From Escherichia phage APCEc01: a stretch of DNA of 64,000 nucleotides. Within the stretch, counting starts at the first letter, position 1; every line of letters starts with the position of its first letter. A program made the position numbers and the translations under genes. The notes under the pieces were generated by a model, which was not told where the DNA came from, did no database searches, and was given only the letters and a program-made list of their open reading frames with translations. Location: sequence record NC_029091.1; one strand, given 5' to 3'. This document shows positions 1 to 11,244 of this stretch, in pieces.

Positions 1-976
1 CTGTTTGGTCCATTGCCATAATAACAGGTGGTCGGTTTTCCATATAAATCATTTCACCGGAATGATGTTGCAGGTCTCTAGGGTCGTAATAATCCTTTTC
101 TGCTTTAACATTAGGGTCATTTGGATTTTTCTTAGCTTCTAACGGGTTTGCGATAATTGATATCTGTCTAAAACCCTTGTTACCAGGCAAAGCTGCCTCA
201 GGGAAATAAACAGAATCAAAATATGCTTTAAACCGCATCGTATTAGCTTTAACACGGTAAATCAAACCGTAGTCATCTTGTTGCCAAGTTAAGTTATTTT
301 CATATCCCCAACGGGTGGGGTCTTCTTTAATTTCTTCCGGCCATGGAACTACAAGATATTCGTTAGTGCAACGGTTAATTGACACATCGGCAGGAATCTC
401 ATAAAGATATTCCCAAATATATCCATCACCGGTTTCGATAACCCCATTAGCATCGCCTCTGCCTTCAGGAGGAGACATAGAACGAACAGACGGAGTCCAT
501 TTACCACCCAATTTAAGACATTCATCTTTATTATCTAAAGATTCTATTGAACAGAGCCCTACGTCAGGGACATCTAAACAACGGTAAATTAACCAACCAG
601 CTCCAACTTCTGTCGCGTTGTACGGAGCAGTATTACATGCGACTATATCGTTAATTCTAAACGTGTAAGGGTCTGGATATCGCACATCTCCCCAATCACG
701 TCTAGGAATAACAGAATCTAACATTGAAGGTAAAACTTTAACGGTGCCCATCATATGGGTCCACATATCAGTAACACCAAGAACAGAATCTGTAGGATAA
801 GGTGGGGCGAAGCCCACCTCATTTTCATTTGACGCCCAAGGCTCTGAACGTCCAAACGTAATATAAATGGAGTTCTTATCATCTCCATCCCCAACTGAAT
901 TATAAAAATTCAGCATTTTCTCTGTTCTAAATTTTGATGTAACTATTGCACGATAGATAACACTTGAATCATTCAT
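1..976 (-). CDS. 8: baseplate wedge protein gp8 (C-terminal end cut by window edge)
   Basis: Minus-strand ATG at 976-974; translation begins MNDSSVIYRAIVTSKFRTEKMLNFYNS, the T4-type gp8 N-terminus; start overlaps gp7 stop; ORF runs to position 1. Confidence 0.9.
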   Translation of the reverse strand, partial: MNDSSVIYRAIVTSKFRTEKMLNFYNSVGDGDDKNSIYITFGRSEPWASNENEVGFAPPYPTDSVLGVTDMWTHMMGTVKVLPSMLDSVIPRRDWGDVRYPDPYTFRINDIVACNTAPYNATEVGAGWLIYRCLDVPDVGLCSIESLDNKDECLKLGGKWTPSVRSMSPPEGRGDANGVIETGDGYIWEYLYEIPADVSINRCTNEYLVVPWPEEIKEDPTRWGYENNLTWQQDDYGLIYRVKANTMRFKAYFDSVYFPEAALPGNKGFRQISIIANPLEAKKNPNDPNVKAEKDYYDPRDLQHHSGEMIYMENRPPVIMAMDQT

Positions 977-3900
977 CTAATTTAACCTGTGGTGGATTCA
1001 CGGGGTCTCTTGGATTTCCTACATTATCGATTAACCGTTGTTCAACCAAATCTCTAAATCTAGAGAATGTTGTTCCGGACGCATCAAATAATGGGCTCAT
1101 CAGTTTACGTCGTTCCGATGGAAGTTGACCTTGAAATATGGAGTTATTGTTTTCAGCGTTATAATCTTCAGGTAATGGATAATCTTGACCAGCCATAGGG
1201 CCTATTTCATATATCGCTTTACCTGTAATAGGGTCAAACTCAACATTTCCTTGTGGGTCTAATTTAGCCACTCGGTCTGCATATTTAGTCGGTAATCCAG
1301 AATCCCACTTATAGTTTTTGTATTTATTAATAATGGTTTCAACATGTTTAAGTGTTAATCCGGTGTTAATAAACATTGTGAGAAGGGTAATTGCGATAAA
1401 TCCAAATCCAACCGGATGAACAAAACGTAATACGTCTGATTTCCAACGAGATGATGGAAGTTTAGATTTAATCTTCATTACGTAGTATGCTCTACCACGA
1501 TTTATGTAATCGATGTTGTTCTGAGAAAGCTCTTTACCTTTAATACCACGAACAATTTCGCCTTCAAAACCAGGGAGTCTTTCAGCTTTAACTTCCTGTC
1601 CTTGGATTAAACGACCTAAGAGGTTGTGAATTGTTACAGTCCATTGTAATTTACCTTTAGAGTAACTTCTCTCGATATACGTCACATTACAACGTCCTGT
1701 AGCGGTGTATATGGTTTGTCCGACCAAATCTTCTGTCAACGAATCAGATTCAATGATGATATCATATTCGGTCCCGGAACTAGATTCAATTTCAATTTCA
1801 ACATCTTCGTTATAAAGCACTTTAAACAAGAATTTATACGATGCTTCAGTTCCTTTAGTTGAATAGAAGTCATAACTTCTTGATTCAAAGAAACGAGACA
1901 CTAAATCGCGTTTTTCGGCGTTTAAGTAAATGTTTCGTTTATAAATCTCAGACCATAAATATTCCCACGCATGTTCTTCGCGCGGATATTGATTTTTAAT
2001 AAGATTTAAAAGGTTGTTATAATGGGTCCCATAACCGTCAGAAAGATACTGAATATAAGCCTCGCAGAATGCTTCAAAGTTTGTATTATCTAAAAGATAA
2101 GACTCCGGCATCATTGTAGTGAGCAATGGTCGTAAATCCGGGTCTGCAATACCGTCCTCTTCTACAGGAGTCCATGTGGTATCTTTTTCTTGGTTTTGTA
2201 ACGATGCTGTTAAGAATATATTAGTAGGCTTCCAAATTATAGAAACATTATCTCTAACACGATAACTAAAATCATAATAAGAAATAATCTCACCTGATGA
2301 TTTATAGAAAATCATGCCGGATGCATATTTTTTAAATCCGGCGAAATCTACGTTAGGCATCACTATTGTACAGTCACCGTCCTTCCAATATTCATGAACT
2401 TCACGGTCTGAAGAACTAAGTGGATGATTCTCAATAACCTTAGTGTAAAGTAAATCAGAATAAATTACAACAGCCTTGTCTGAGTTATTAATCCAACATC
2501 GAGTACCGGACTTTCTAGAATAACTAAAGAATGGCTCAGCATAGTATTCCATCGGTTGAGGAGTGAACGATTCCCATTGAGAGTCTTCAGTTGAAATAAA
2601 TGCCATCATATGATAATGTTTATCAGCCAACCATTCGCGAGGATACTCATATTTAACAGCACCGATTAAACCGTACTTGATTTGTGTTTTTGGGTCATCA
2701 ACAATATCCGATTCTAGAAATTTAAAATTACTAGATGAAATAGATAACTCAACACCATCAGTAGACATACTGGTGTACCCAGGTTCAATACGACGGCGTT
2801 CTTCTTCAGTATTACCAAACACACGTTTAAATGTGCCAGCATCATGGTCTAGAACGTAAACGCCCTTATCAGCAGAATCAACAATAGGAGTAGTCCTCGG
2901 GTCGTCATTAAGATTAACAACTTCACCGATAATCAGTGCAAATATTTTACCGCCGACAGAATCCATTTTATAGCAAACTGCCTTAGGGTTACCTGTGATG
3001 TTAAATGTTTCTTGTTCAAACAAACGTTCGGAATACGTCGGAGATAACGGGTCTGAATCAATAGGGGCATTACTAGTTTTAATAAAACGAACTTTATCTC
3101 GAGCAGCAACGTATACATAATCGTCATTGCAAACGATAGCTTCTGCAATACGTGACACGTTAGCAGGTAATGATGCGTAGTTACCAAATATTTCTACATC
3201 AAATCCTAAATTTAACTGGTCACCAATTTTAGCAAATGTTATATCTTGAGAACTAAATCTCACATCACCAGCAGACCAACGAACGTCAGTTGATTTACGG
3301 CCGTAAAATAATTTATCATACCCAAGAACATACGTGGTATAACCTGTCTGGTAATACACTGTTCTTGATACAGGGTACCCTACACGGTCATTAAACAATT
3401 TAACCGATTTCCAGGTTTGTCCCTTATCATTAGAGACTTTAACCACAGGCTGATACCGTTCAAACAAATAAAGAATTCCTTCGGATTCCATCAAATAAAC
3501 ACGGTTTATATCATGACACACCTGTTGAATCGAACCTTGAATTTCATGATACTCATTTTCGCCAATAATGAAATTTTTAATAGATGAAATATCCGCATAA
3601 GCAGGGCTAAATTGGAACGATTCATTCATTAGAGCTGCCATTATAGTGTCGTTATTAAAATCGACATAAGACATGTTGTTATTTGTAAATTTTTCTCTAA
3701 TAAAAGTGTTAGCCAATTGCATTTCAATCATATGTTGAAATGTATACGCGTTAGTCTGAAATGATTCAAATATTTCGGTATATACCCAATCAGATCTCTC
3801 GAAGCCTTCGGCGGCAGTTGATACACGAATAATATAAGAAGTTAATGGGTCTAAGCTACTTTCGAACCAGTTGCTATTAGGAGTATATCCTAAATTTATC

Positions 3901-4067
3901 CATCTGTAGCTGGCAGGGGGAATTATTTCCCCGTCTGCCGTTTTAGTCTCAGCGATTTCTACGAAATAGTAGAAATTAGCACCAACGTCATCCCAGCGTA
4001 TTTGAACTTGGTTAGCGGACAACTTGGATATTCTGAGACTTGTGACTGCTGGCGCTTTTACTGTCAT
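969..4067 (-). CDS. 7: baseplate wedge initiator protein gp7
   Basis: 1032-aa ORF, same length as T4 gp7, in conserved 53-5-6-7-8 order with overlapping stop/start junctions. Confidence 0.9.
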   Translation of the reverse strand: MTVKAPAVTSLRISKLSANQVQIRWDDVGANFYYFVEIAETKTADGEIIPPASYRWINLGYTPNSNWFESSLDPLTSYIIRVSTAAEGFERSDWVYTEIFESFQTNAYTFQHMIEMQLANTFIREKFTNNNMSYVDFNNDTIMAALMNESFQFSPAYADISSIKNFIIGENEYHEIQGSIQQVCHDINRVYLMESEGILYLFERYQPVVKVSNDKGQTWKSVKLFNDRVGYPVSRTVYYQTGYTTYVLGYDKLFYGRKSTDVRWSAGDVRFSSQDITFAKIGDQLNLGFDVEIFGNYASLPANVSRIAEAIVCNDDYVYVAARDKVRFIKTSNAPIDSDPLSPTYSERLFEQETFNITGNPKAVCYKMDSVGGKIFALIIGEVVNLNDDPRTTPIVDSADKGVYVLDHDAGTFKRVFGNTEEERRRIEPGYTSMSTDGVELSISSSNFKFLESDIVDDPKTQIKYGLIGAVKYEYPREWLADKHYHMMAFISTEDSQWESFTPQPMEYYAEPFFSYSRKSGTRCWINNSDKAVVIYSDLLYTKVIENHPLSSSDREVHEYWKDGDCTIVMPNVDFAGFKKYASGMIFYKSSGEIISYYDFSYRVRDNVSIIWKPTNIFLTASLQNQEKDTTWTPVEEDGIADPDLRPLLTTMMPESYLLDNTNFEAFCEAYIQYLSDGYGTHYNNLLNLIKNQYPREEHAWEYLWSEIYKRNIYLNAEKRDLVSRFFESRSYDFYSTKGTEASYKFLFKVLYNEDVEIEIESSSGTEYDIIIESDSLTEDLVGQTIYTATGRCNVTYIERSYSKGKLQWTVTIHNLLGRLIQGQEVKAERLPGFEGEIVRGIKGKELSQNNIDYINRGRAYYVMKIKSKLPSSRWKSDVLRFVHPVGFGFIAITLLTMFINTGLTLKHVETIINKYKNYKWDSGLPTKYADRVAKLDPQGNVEFDPITGKAIYEIGPMAGQDYPLPEDYNAENNNSIFQGQLPSERRKLMSPLFDASGTTFSRFRDLVEQRLIDNVGNPRDPVNPPQVKLDE

Positions 4068-6037
4068 TGTGAAATAGGCTCCAAATCTATAGTTAAGTAC
4101 TGAGGACGTAAGTCATTTTCGAATACGATTAAAGAACCATCCTTTGTAAAAATAATATCATCTGCAGGGTCGGAATAAAGTTCAATTGTTTGAACTTCAA
4201 AACGGTCTGAAGTGAGGTCAATTTTAGCAATGTTCCAATAAATCGAATCGGCAGGATAATTCACTTCACCAATTGAATAGTATTTGTTTCGTCCGTCAGT
4301 AACAGTAAGTTTATTAAAATCATTACCTGTATAAGGTTGTATATTTTCGTTTTCAACAACATCACCGTCCGCAAATGGACCAATAATAACTTGACCTATG
4401 CCACGGTCATTACGGTCAGAAGATACTATGCGAACACCATATTTAATAGTTTCGTTTGCATTTTCTGGATTAGGTCTGTGCGAATCAAACGAGAATATAT
4501 TAGATTCCATCGATCTATCTTTAATCTGATTATTGTATTTAATACCGGCCTCAGGCGTTTTATAGAAGTTTTGTACTTCGCGAACCATTTGAATAGTAGC
4601 TGAAGAACCAATAATAGAAATATCTGCATCATCGACATAAGTTAGCATTTTAGATTTTGCAAACGATGAGTTAAAAATTTCTACATCTTCAATATAATAT
4701 CGGTCAATTTTATTAATAATTTGCCCTTCAAGATATTGCTCTGATTCTTGAAGTTTATTCAACGCGTATGTAACTTTGATATTCATTTTGATAAACAAAT
4801 AATCAGGCGAAATAACAACAGGTGTAATAGTCCCTAAGTTATAATCATTCAAATAGTTTTTGATATCATCACGTTGGACAGAAGTCAAATACAATCCAGA
4901 TTTAGGCTTAGCAGCAATATATGCGTACCCTGGTTTAGATGAATCTGTGAATGTTTGAACCGCCTGAATAATAGAACCAAACCGCTCAGAAACGAATGTG
5001 TCATAGTCGGGAGCGGTTACACAACGTTGTTGAGTTTCGCGTTTAATTGTGCCTAATTCGCGGATACGTTCAATATCTTCAGGGTCACCACCGCCGTCGG
5101 CCCCAACAAAGTCTGGGTTATTGCTAGGGTTCTCATTAATATCTATTACCGTGATATTAGCTAATGTATCAGCATAAGAAAATCCTACAGCACCGTTAGC
5201 ATCTGCGCCATTAGTAGAAATATACTCAATTACGATTTTAGAACCCTGAACAGGTTTAAGGCCACCAATATAGTTAGATGTTAACGCACCTTCTGACGTG
5301 TTAATAGAGATTTCGCCTTCACCAAAATAAAATTCGGTGTTCCCATCAACTGTTTCACGCATATAATAGATTGTTGACGTAGAACCAGCGTGAACCATCG
5401 ACTTACGAGTCCAGTTAATCCATTCTGCTCCGTCAACATACAACTTAACCAAATTACGGTCAATATTCTTATCACGAATAATGATAGGTTTTAATCTATC
5501 AAATGTTAATTCAGTGCGAACAATACGTCCTTGAGCTAATCGAAGACGTGGAAAATATTGGTTATTTTTGTCTTTAACTACAATGACATCTTCAGTAGAA
5601 ACAAAGTTATACGGGTTAACAGAAGTATCTTTAGCGTATGCTAAGAAACGAGTGCCACGTGGAATGGTGATATAGTTTCTATTTAATGCATCTGTACATG
5701 TGAGCATAATTTCTGTTTGTGCTGCTGATTTAGATGAAGGCAGATATCCGTTATCTTGAGCCGCTTGTACAACAGAACTACGCAAGTTTGCAGTACGCAT
5801 AAAACTTTCATACACTGCACTATTACTGAACTGTTGGATGTAAAGAGTGTTATATGCTAAAAGGTCGCACAATACGTTTAAGCGTGAACCTTCAAAATCA
5901 TAATCAAGAAATTCATTCTGTCCATTGAGCCATTCGATAATGTTCTGTTTGATTTCGGCAAATGTGCCCCCGATAAAAATCTCGGGAATAGCATTCGCTG
6001 TTCGGGTTAATTGATAATTTACAGGAGTGTTTGCCAT
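4064..6037 (-). CDS. 6: baseplate wedge protein gp6
   Basis: ORF track 4064..6094; in-frame ATG at 6037 gives MANTPVNYQLTRTANAIPEIF..., the T4 gp6 N-terminus; 657 aa. Confidence 0.9.
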   Translation of the reverse strand: MANTPVNYQLTRTANAIPEIFIGGTFAEIKQNIIEWLNGQNEFLDYDFEGSRLNVLCDLLAYNTLYIQQFSNSAVYESFMRTANLRSSVVQAAQDNGYLPSSKSAAQTEIMLTCTDALNRNYITIPRGTRFLAYAKDTSVNPYNFVSTEDVIVVKDKNNQYFPRLRLAQGRIVRTELTFDRLKPIIIRDKNIDRNLVKLYVDGAEWINWTRKSMVHAGSTSTIYYMRETVDGNTEFYFGEGEISINTSEGALTSNYIGGLKPVQGSKIVIEYISTNGADANGAVGFSYADTLANITVIDINENPSNNPDFVGADGGGDPEDIERIRELGTIKRETQQRCVTAPDYDTFVSERFGSIIQAVQTFTDSSKPGYAYIAAKPKSGLYLTSVQRDDIKNYLNDYNLGTITPVVISPDYLFIKMNIKVTYALNKLQESEQYLEGQIINKIDRYYIEDVEIFNSSFAKSKMLTYVDDADISIIGSSATIQMVREVQNFYKTPEAGIKYNNQIKDRSMESNIFSFDSHRPNPENANETIKYGVRIVSSDRNDRGIGQVIIGPFADGDVVENENIQPYTGNDFNKLTVTDGRNKYYSIGEVNYPADSIYWNIAKIDLTSDRFEVQTIELYSDPADDIIFTKDGSLIVFENDLRPQYLTIDLEPISQ

Positions 6038-6045
6038 TTTAATTC

Positions 6046-6339
6046 CTATTTTATAAAGACTTTTGACGAGGCCTGAGAAACAGTATCCCCGCATGAAATT
6101 GGGTCAGCCATTTGAACGGCCTTTTTACCGGTGACGTATACTTTAGATGTACGAGGTTCAGTAACACCTCCATGAGTCTCGTATGGTTTTTTAATTTCTG
6201 TATGAGGTGTTATTTGGTCTCCTGCCACAAGAACAGGAATACCACCGGTGAACACTTTAGATTGGGAAGCATTTATTACAGTAGGAGGCCATGCTTCATG
6301 ACCTGTTGTAACACACTTGTCGTAACTTAAGCCAGACAT
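6046..6339 (-). CDS. 5.4: PAAR-repeat spike-tip protein gp5.4
   Basis: 97-aa product from in-frame ATG at 6339 ([19 protein letters not shown]...); size and position just downstream of gene 5 match T4 gp5.4. Confidence 0.75.
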   Translation of the reverse strand: MSGLSYDKCVTTGHEAWPPTVINASQSKVFTGGIPVLVAGDQITPHTEIKKPYETHGGVTEPRTSKVYVTGKKAVQMADPISCGDTVSQASSKVFIK

Positions 6340-6341
6340 TT

Positions 6342-6857
6342 TCACGGCCTCACATAAACATAGTTTCGTAATTGATGAGCCCATTTGCTCCAATTTCCTA
6401 CTATAGTTTTTGTATAAACCTTAGTAAGAGTTTTTTGTACTGGAGCCGGTGGAGGTTCTGTACCAGAGTCACTTCTAGAACCGCCTGATGAACTTTCTTC
6501 TTGGTAGTTATAAATCATTTCAACCGTATAACTAAACACTTTACGAAGATTCTGAGGAGCTCTCCACAAATATAACTGTGTGGACTCATCTTTTGGTAAA
6601 TCATCCCATGAAGATGCGGTTTCAAAATCATCATTTAATCGGTATTTCAATGCGTCCGAAGAAAAGCTAAACACACTTTCATATGTTCCATATAAACGAT
6701 TACCATCTACCGTAATGCCTTGTGTCGGTTCATAATCTGTTATATTTATTGACACTAAAGTTTCGGTTGTTTCTAACTGTGGAGTAAAAAGGGCGTCTAT
6801 TGACGCCCCTTCCATGTCTTCTCCTAAGTCGGTATTTAAAGGAAGTATTTGTGCCAT
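6342..6857 (-). CDS. conserved baseplate-region protein (gene 5.1-like by position)
   Basis: 171-aa acidic ORF packed between gene 5 and gene 5.4. Confidence 0.55.
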   Translation of the reverse strand: MAQILPLNTDLGEDMEGASIDALFTPQLETTETLVSINITDYEPTQGITVDGNRLYGTYESVFSFSSDALKYRLNDDFETASSWDDLPKDESTQLYLWRAPQNLRKVFSYTVEMIYNYQEESSSGGSRSDSGTEPPPAPVQKTLTKVYTKTIVGNWSKWAHQLRNYVYVRP

Positions 6858-6860
6858 ATA

Positions 6861-8594
6861 TTACCCAATATCAATACGAGATCCGTCAACAGTGTATTGT
6901 CCTGAAGCTACTGAGCTCATTGTAGACATTGTTTCTGCCCAATCCCCGGCAACAGTCATATCAACATTACCATTAACAGTCCATTTAACGTTTCCGTTGA
7001 CGGTGTAATCATGATTCCCTTCGACCTGAGTTTTTGCATCACCTTTAACAAGAATATCTGCATTTCCGTCAACAACTATTTTGATATTACCCTTAACGTA
7101 AAGAGTTCCATCGCCTTCAACAGTTTTAGATTGATTACCACGAATAAAGATTGTGTCATTGCCGTCTATTTGATGGAGGCGGTCTGCCATGTTATAATAT
7201 ATTTCATTAGCACCAACGTTAACAAGCTTATCGCCAGAAATCAAAAAGTTCCCATCGCCATTAGTGATGTCAAAAAGGTCTTCTACAGTTTTACGAGTAC
7301 GACGCCCAGACGGAGAAACTTCCTCATATGACCCTGTTGGATGAACTAAGCGATAACGTTCATTACCTGGAGTATCGTCAAATTCTTGGATATGACCGCT
7401 TTCTGTTTCCATAGCATGAACGTATGGATACTCACCACGATAACTTGATTCCGGTTCTTTAAAAAGGATGCGTGAATCTAATGGAACAGGAGGACCAGCT
7501 GGGTCTTCTGGATCGGTATTTCTAGTAACTAAATCGGCACCAACTCCTGGTGAAGGCGGCGTTTTAACAGGAACACCATATGATTCCATGTTACCGGTTA
7601 AAATAATTGTTGTTACACGTGAAGCGCGTCCTTTAGTCTGTTGGAACCATAATGAATCGCGTCCAGATTTGTATGCAGTTTTCCAATCGCCTGCGGCCAT
7701 TGCTTTAAGCATAGTATTGAATTTTGCTACACCACCAACGCCCATTTGGAAACACATGTTTTCTAATGCCATTTGACGAGACCTGTTCATTTTAGCATAA
7801 ACAGGACCTACTTTAGAATTAGAACGAATGTCTTTCTGCATCTTAGCAAGGTCTTTCTCAAATAACGCTGTTGCTTCTTCTAATGTAATAGTTCCCGGAT
7901 TTCCTGTTACTTCACGCCCTACTTGATCGGATAACAATTTATTAATTCGAGACATATCTCGGGTCTTTTCCATTACGATAAGGTGTCCAATACCTACGGT
8001 AGGATATCCGAGATGGTCCCAATACACTTTATCACGAAGACCTTCGTCACGACGTAACATTTCTGTTATTGTAAAATTAGGGTCATCATCTTCTGGAATA
8101 TTTGCTAAATCTGTATCATCTGGGTTTATACCATAATCCAAGTTGTTATCTTGAATTACGTTAGAGTTTGAATAATAACCAGCTTCACCACCTTGGTTTA
8201 ATACGTTCGTATCATTACCTAAACGTCGTGGATACTGGCCTGTCGGGTCTGAAAAACCTTCAAGTCTATTAGGCTTTTCACGTACGATTCCACCGTATGT
8301 ACCAAGTACAATCCCGTTTGTTTTCCATTTGTCTAAGAAATGACCATATACTCGAGTTCCTTCAACAGGACCTGTAACAGAACCACCAATACCTGACATT
8401 GATGCAGACGTAATAGGTTGAATAACAGTCATCCATGGAAGTTTTTCTGTAGGAATACCTTGTACATCACCTTGTGCTCTCTGTGCTGGATGAAGACCAA
8501 CGACTCGAACTCGAACTCGCCCTTGTTTTAATGGGTCCATTCTGTCCTCGACAACACCCACGAACCAATTAAGGCTACTGCTAATCATTTCCAT
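6861..8594 (-). CDS. 5: baseplate central spike / tail lysozyme gp5
   Basis: 577-aa ORF with a T4-lysozyme-like domain (YPTVGIGHLIVMEKTRDMSRINKLLSDQVGREVTGNPGTITLEEA) and C-terminal VxGNxxxxVxGN beta-helix repeats. Confidence 0.92.
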   Translation of the reverse strand: MEMISSSLNWFVGVVEDRMDPLKQGRVRVRVVGLHPAQRAQGDVQGIPTEKLPWMTVIQPITSASMSGIGGSVTGPVEGTRVYGHFLDKWKTNGIVLGTYGGIVREKPNRLEGFSDPTGQYPRRLGNDTNVLNQGGEAGYYSNSNVIQDNNLDYGINPDDTDLANIPEDDDPNFTITEMLRRDEGLRDKVYWDHLGYPTVGIGHLIVMEKTRDMSRINKLLSDQVGREVTGNPGTITLEEATALFEKDLAKMQKDIRSNSKVGPVYAKMNRSRQMALENMCFQMGVGGVAKFNTMLKAMAAGDWKTAYKSGRDSLWFQQTKGRASRVTTIILTGNMESYGVPVKTPPSPGVGADLVTRNTDPEDPAGPPVPLDSRILFKEPESSYRGEYPYVHAMETESGHIQEFDDTPGNERYRLVHPTGSYEEVSPSGRRTRKTVEDLFDITNGDGNFLISGDKLVNVGANEIYYNMADRLHQIDGNDTIFIRGNQSKTVEGDGTLYVKGNIKIVVDGNADILVKGDAKTQVEGNHDYTVNGNVKWTVNGNVDMTVAGDWAETMSTMSSVASGQYTVDGSRIDIG

Positions 8595-9169
8595 TATGCA
8601 ATCTCCATCTCACGAATCAAATCAGTAATAAACGAGTTTATATCTTCTTTTGCAACAATTTTTATTTTACGAAGTTTTTCGTTATCTAATACAGCCGCTT
8701 CATAAATATCTACTGCAGCTAAAGGTCCTTTATATTGCGGATACTTACGAGCTTCATCACCTTTATCGTACCACACTAAAGGCTCGTCAGGATATGAAAC
8801 TAAATTGTAAAATTTCTCACGGTTCTCGTTAATATGATAAAGAATTTGGTCGCCGCCTGCATTAGCATATTTCTGAATAGAAGCTTGATACGCTGCTTCC
8901 TGAGATGTAATCCAACCATAATACGGGTCGTAGTTGTCATTACACATCAAAAGGACCCAGTATAATTGAGGGTTGCCATAAATGATATTCGCTAGTTCTT
9001 CAGGACGCGGAGAGCCTTTAATATAATAAGAACGTAATCTATAATTGGCAGCAACACGCTTAAAGTACTCTTTATAGTTACGAAATATGTCTGTCATAGG
9101 AATAGTAGGTGCATTCTTATCAACTGTTTTAGCACTATATCCTATTGGGTCGAAGAATGTAAATAACAA
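8594..9169 (-). CDS. 53: baseplate wedge protein gp53
   Basis: 191-aa ORF immediately upstream of gene 5 with 1-nt overlap; apparent TTG start preceded by GGAGG-like RBS; size and position match T4 gp53. Confidence 0.8.
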   Translation of the reverse strand: MLFTFFDPIGYSAKTVDKNAPTIPMTDIFRNYKEYFKRVAANYRLRSYYIKGSPRPEELANIIYGNPQLYWVLLMCNDNYDPYYGWITSQEAAYQASIQKYANAGGDQILYHINENREKFYNLVSYPDEPLVWYDKGDEARKYPQYKGPLAAVDIYEAAVLDNEKLRKIKIVAKEDINSFITDLIREMEIA

Positions 9170-9196
9170 GATAGTCTCCTTCCAATATGAAATTGG

Positions 9197-9204
9197 TATA
9201 AATA
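9197..9204 (+). promoter_or_regulatory. T4-type late promoter (TATAAATA) for gene 4
   Basis: Exact TATAAATA octamer about 27 nt upstream of the gene 4 ATG. Confidence 0.6.
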
Positions 9205-9211
9205 ATAATAC

Positions 9212-9219
9212 TATTTATA
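9212..9219 (-). promoter_or_regulatory. T4-type late promoter (TATAAATA on minus strand) for gene 53
   Basis: Plus-strand TATTTATA is TATAAATA on the minus strand, about 43 nt upstream of the gene 53 start; divergent from the gene 4 promoter. Confidence 0.55.
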
Positions 9220-9230
9220 AGGAGGACAAC

Positions 9231-9680
9231 ATGGCCTACTCTGGTAAATGGGTCCCAAAAAATTTAAAAAAATACCGTGGAGACCATACCAAAATAACGT
9301 ATCGTTCAAACTGGGAAAAATTCTTTTTCGAATGGTTGGATAAAAATCCAGAAATTATTGCATGGGGTAGTGAAACAGCAGTAATTCCATATTTTTGTAA
9401 TGCTGAAGGTAAGAAACGTCGATACTATATGGACATATGGATGAAAGATGCATCAGGTCAAGAGTTCTTTGTAGAAATAAAACCAAAGAAAGAAACTCAG
9501 CCACCTATTAAACCGGTGAATCTTACAACTGCGGCTAAGAAACGTTATATGAATGAAATCTACACGTGGTCTGTGAACTGTGACAAATGGAAAGCTGCCT
9601 CAGCTGTTGCTGAAAAGAGAAATATAAAATTTCGAGTTCTAACCGAAGATGGTCTTAGAAAACTCGGATACAAGGGGTAA
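9231..9680 (+). CDS. 4: head completion protein gp4
   Basis: 150-aa product from ATG at 9231 ([11 protein letters not shown]...) after RBS AAGGAGG; divergent from gene 53 as in T4. Confidence 0.8.
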   Translation: MAYSGKWVPKNLKKYRGDHTKITYRSNWEKFFFEWLDKNPEIIAWGSETAVIPYFCNAEGKKRRYYMDIWMKDASGQEFFVEIKPKKETQPPIKPVNLTTAAKKRYMNEIYTWSVNCDKWKAASAVAEKRNIKFRVLTEDGLRKLGYKG

Positions 9681-9682
9681 TT

Positions 9683-10504
9683 ATGAGCATATTCCAAATT
9701 ATATCTGAAGGCGTACAAGCCCCTAAGATTGCTCAGTCTATGAATGAAAGAAAATGGATTGAGATAGGATTAGAATACAAGAAAGCTAAAGAGAAAGGAA
9801 TCACTGCAAAAGCATTTGCAGAATCAAAAGGAATAAAATACTCGTCGTTTACATCTGCAATGTCTAGATATGCATCATCTATTAAGACTGCACAGAAAAT
9901 TGAAACGCTTGAATCTAAACCTAAAAATAAACTCAATAAGCAAGAACGTCAACTTCTGATGATAAACTCGTTTCGCAGTTCAATACGAGAAAAGATTAGA
10001 AATGAAGGCGCAGCAGTAAACAACAAATCATCTAAGTGGTTTGTTGAAACAATTAAAAAAAGTGTAAAAGGTCATAAAGTAGTCAAGCCTACGCCAGGCA
10101 AAATTTATACTTACGTGTATGATGCTAAACATAAAGATACTCTGCCATACTGGGACCGATATCCTTTGATTATTTATTTAGGATTAGGTAAACATAATTT
10201 GATGTATGGGTTAAACTTGCACTATATCCCACCTAAAGCACGTCAACAGTTTCTTGAAGAATTGCTGAAGCAATATGCTAGCACAACTACTATTACTAAT
10301 AACACAAAGTTGAAGATAGACTGGAGCAAGGTGAAAGGATTTCAAGGTGCTGACAAAATGATTAAAGCATACCTGCCAGGCCACATTAGAGGAACAATAA
10401 CAGAAATAGCTCCTAAAGACTGGGCTAACATAATCATGTTACCTACTCAGCAGTTTATGTCAAAAGGAAAACGTTTCTCTGCGAATACTGTTTGGAAATC
10501 TTAA
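9683..10504 (+). CDS. 2: DNA end protector protein gp2
   Basis: 273-aa ORF (T4 gp2 is 274 aa) in conserved 4-2-3-1 order. Confidence 0.8.
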   Translation: MSIFQIISEGVQAPKIAQSMNERKWIEIGLEYKKAKEKGITAKAFAESKGIKYSSFTSAMSRYASSIKTAQKIETLESKPKNKLNKQERQLLMINSFRSSIREKIRNEGAAVNNKSSKWFVETIKKSVKGHKVVKPTPGKIYTYVYDAKHKDTLPYWDRYPLIIYLGLGKHNLMYGLNLHYIPPKARQQFLEELLKQYASTTTITNNTKLKIDWSKVKGFQGADKMIKAYLPGHIRGTITEIAPKDWANIIMLPTQQFMSKGKRFSANTVWKS

Positions 10505-10606
10505 TTCTATTCTCTTCCGTTCTTCTGATATTCTGTTGAACCGGATTAATGGAAGAGACCTAAAACCATTATACTGCATTTTTATTAAAGCGTTTTTGAG
10601 GTGCTT

Positions 10607-11191
10607 ATGACTCGTCCAACGAGACAGATTTTTAACCAAACAAATATAACAAACTTTGTTGTGGATATCCCAGATAGTACACGAACTTCAGGTTTTGTGC
10701 TCAATGCCCAAACAGCTCCATTGCCAGGTGTGAGAATTCCTGTTGTTGAAACTGTGACAGGCACAATGGGGTTAGGACGTGCAATGCGTGCAGGCACCAC
10801 ATTTGAATACGACCCTTTTGTTGTACGATTTATAGTTGATGAAGACATGACGTCCTGGATGAACATGTATAAATGGATGCTCAGCACTAATAACTATATA
10901 ACCGGACATAATACGGCCCACTCCGATGGTCCTGAGTTTGTTACTTTGCACATTTTAAACAACAATAAGACTGAAGTAGTTTTGACGGCGAATTTCTATA
11001 AACCATGGATTTCTGATTTGAGTGAAATTGAATTTAGTTACACCGAAGACTCTGACCCTGCCGTTACGTGCGTAGCAACTATTCACTATGCGTACATGAC
11101 GATAGAAAAGGATGGTGAAGTCATTGTATCTCAACAACCACGTCAAGCAGTCGAATCTAAATCCATTTCTAGACACCCTTCCTTGCGTTAA
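10607..11191 (+). CDS. 3: tail completion / sheath stabiliser protein gp3
   Basis: 194-aa product from first ATG; position after gene 2. Confidence 0.7.
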   Translation: MTRPTRQIFNQTNITNFVVDIPDSTRTSGFVLNAQTAPLPGVRIPVVETVTGTMGLGRAMRAGTTFEYDPFVVRFIVDEDMTSWMNMYKWMLSTNNYITGHNTAHSDGPEFVTLHILNNNKTEVVLTANFYKPWISDLSEIEFSYTEDSDPAVTCVATIHYAYMTIEKDGEVIVSQQPRQAVESKSISRHPSLR

Positions 11192-11244
11192 TCGCTTCTA
11201 GCTCCGTATGTTATAATCACTCATAAATTATATGAGGAAAACCT

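Noticed and set aside
2677-8832. Seven short plus-strand ORFs (2677, 4337, 6112, 6814, 7011, 7468, 8650) inside the baseplate gene block
   Set aside because: All lie antisense within long, well-supported minus-strand genes 7, 6, 5.4, 5.1, 5 and 53; low-complexity translations; treated as shadow ORFs.
9087-9230. N-terminal 48-codon extension of the gene 4 ORF
   Set aside because: The extension overlaps the gene 53 start and both late promoters; the ATG at 9231 has a strong RBS and yields the expected 150-aa product.
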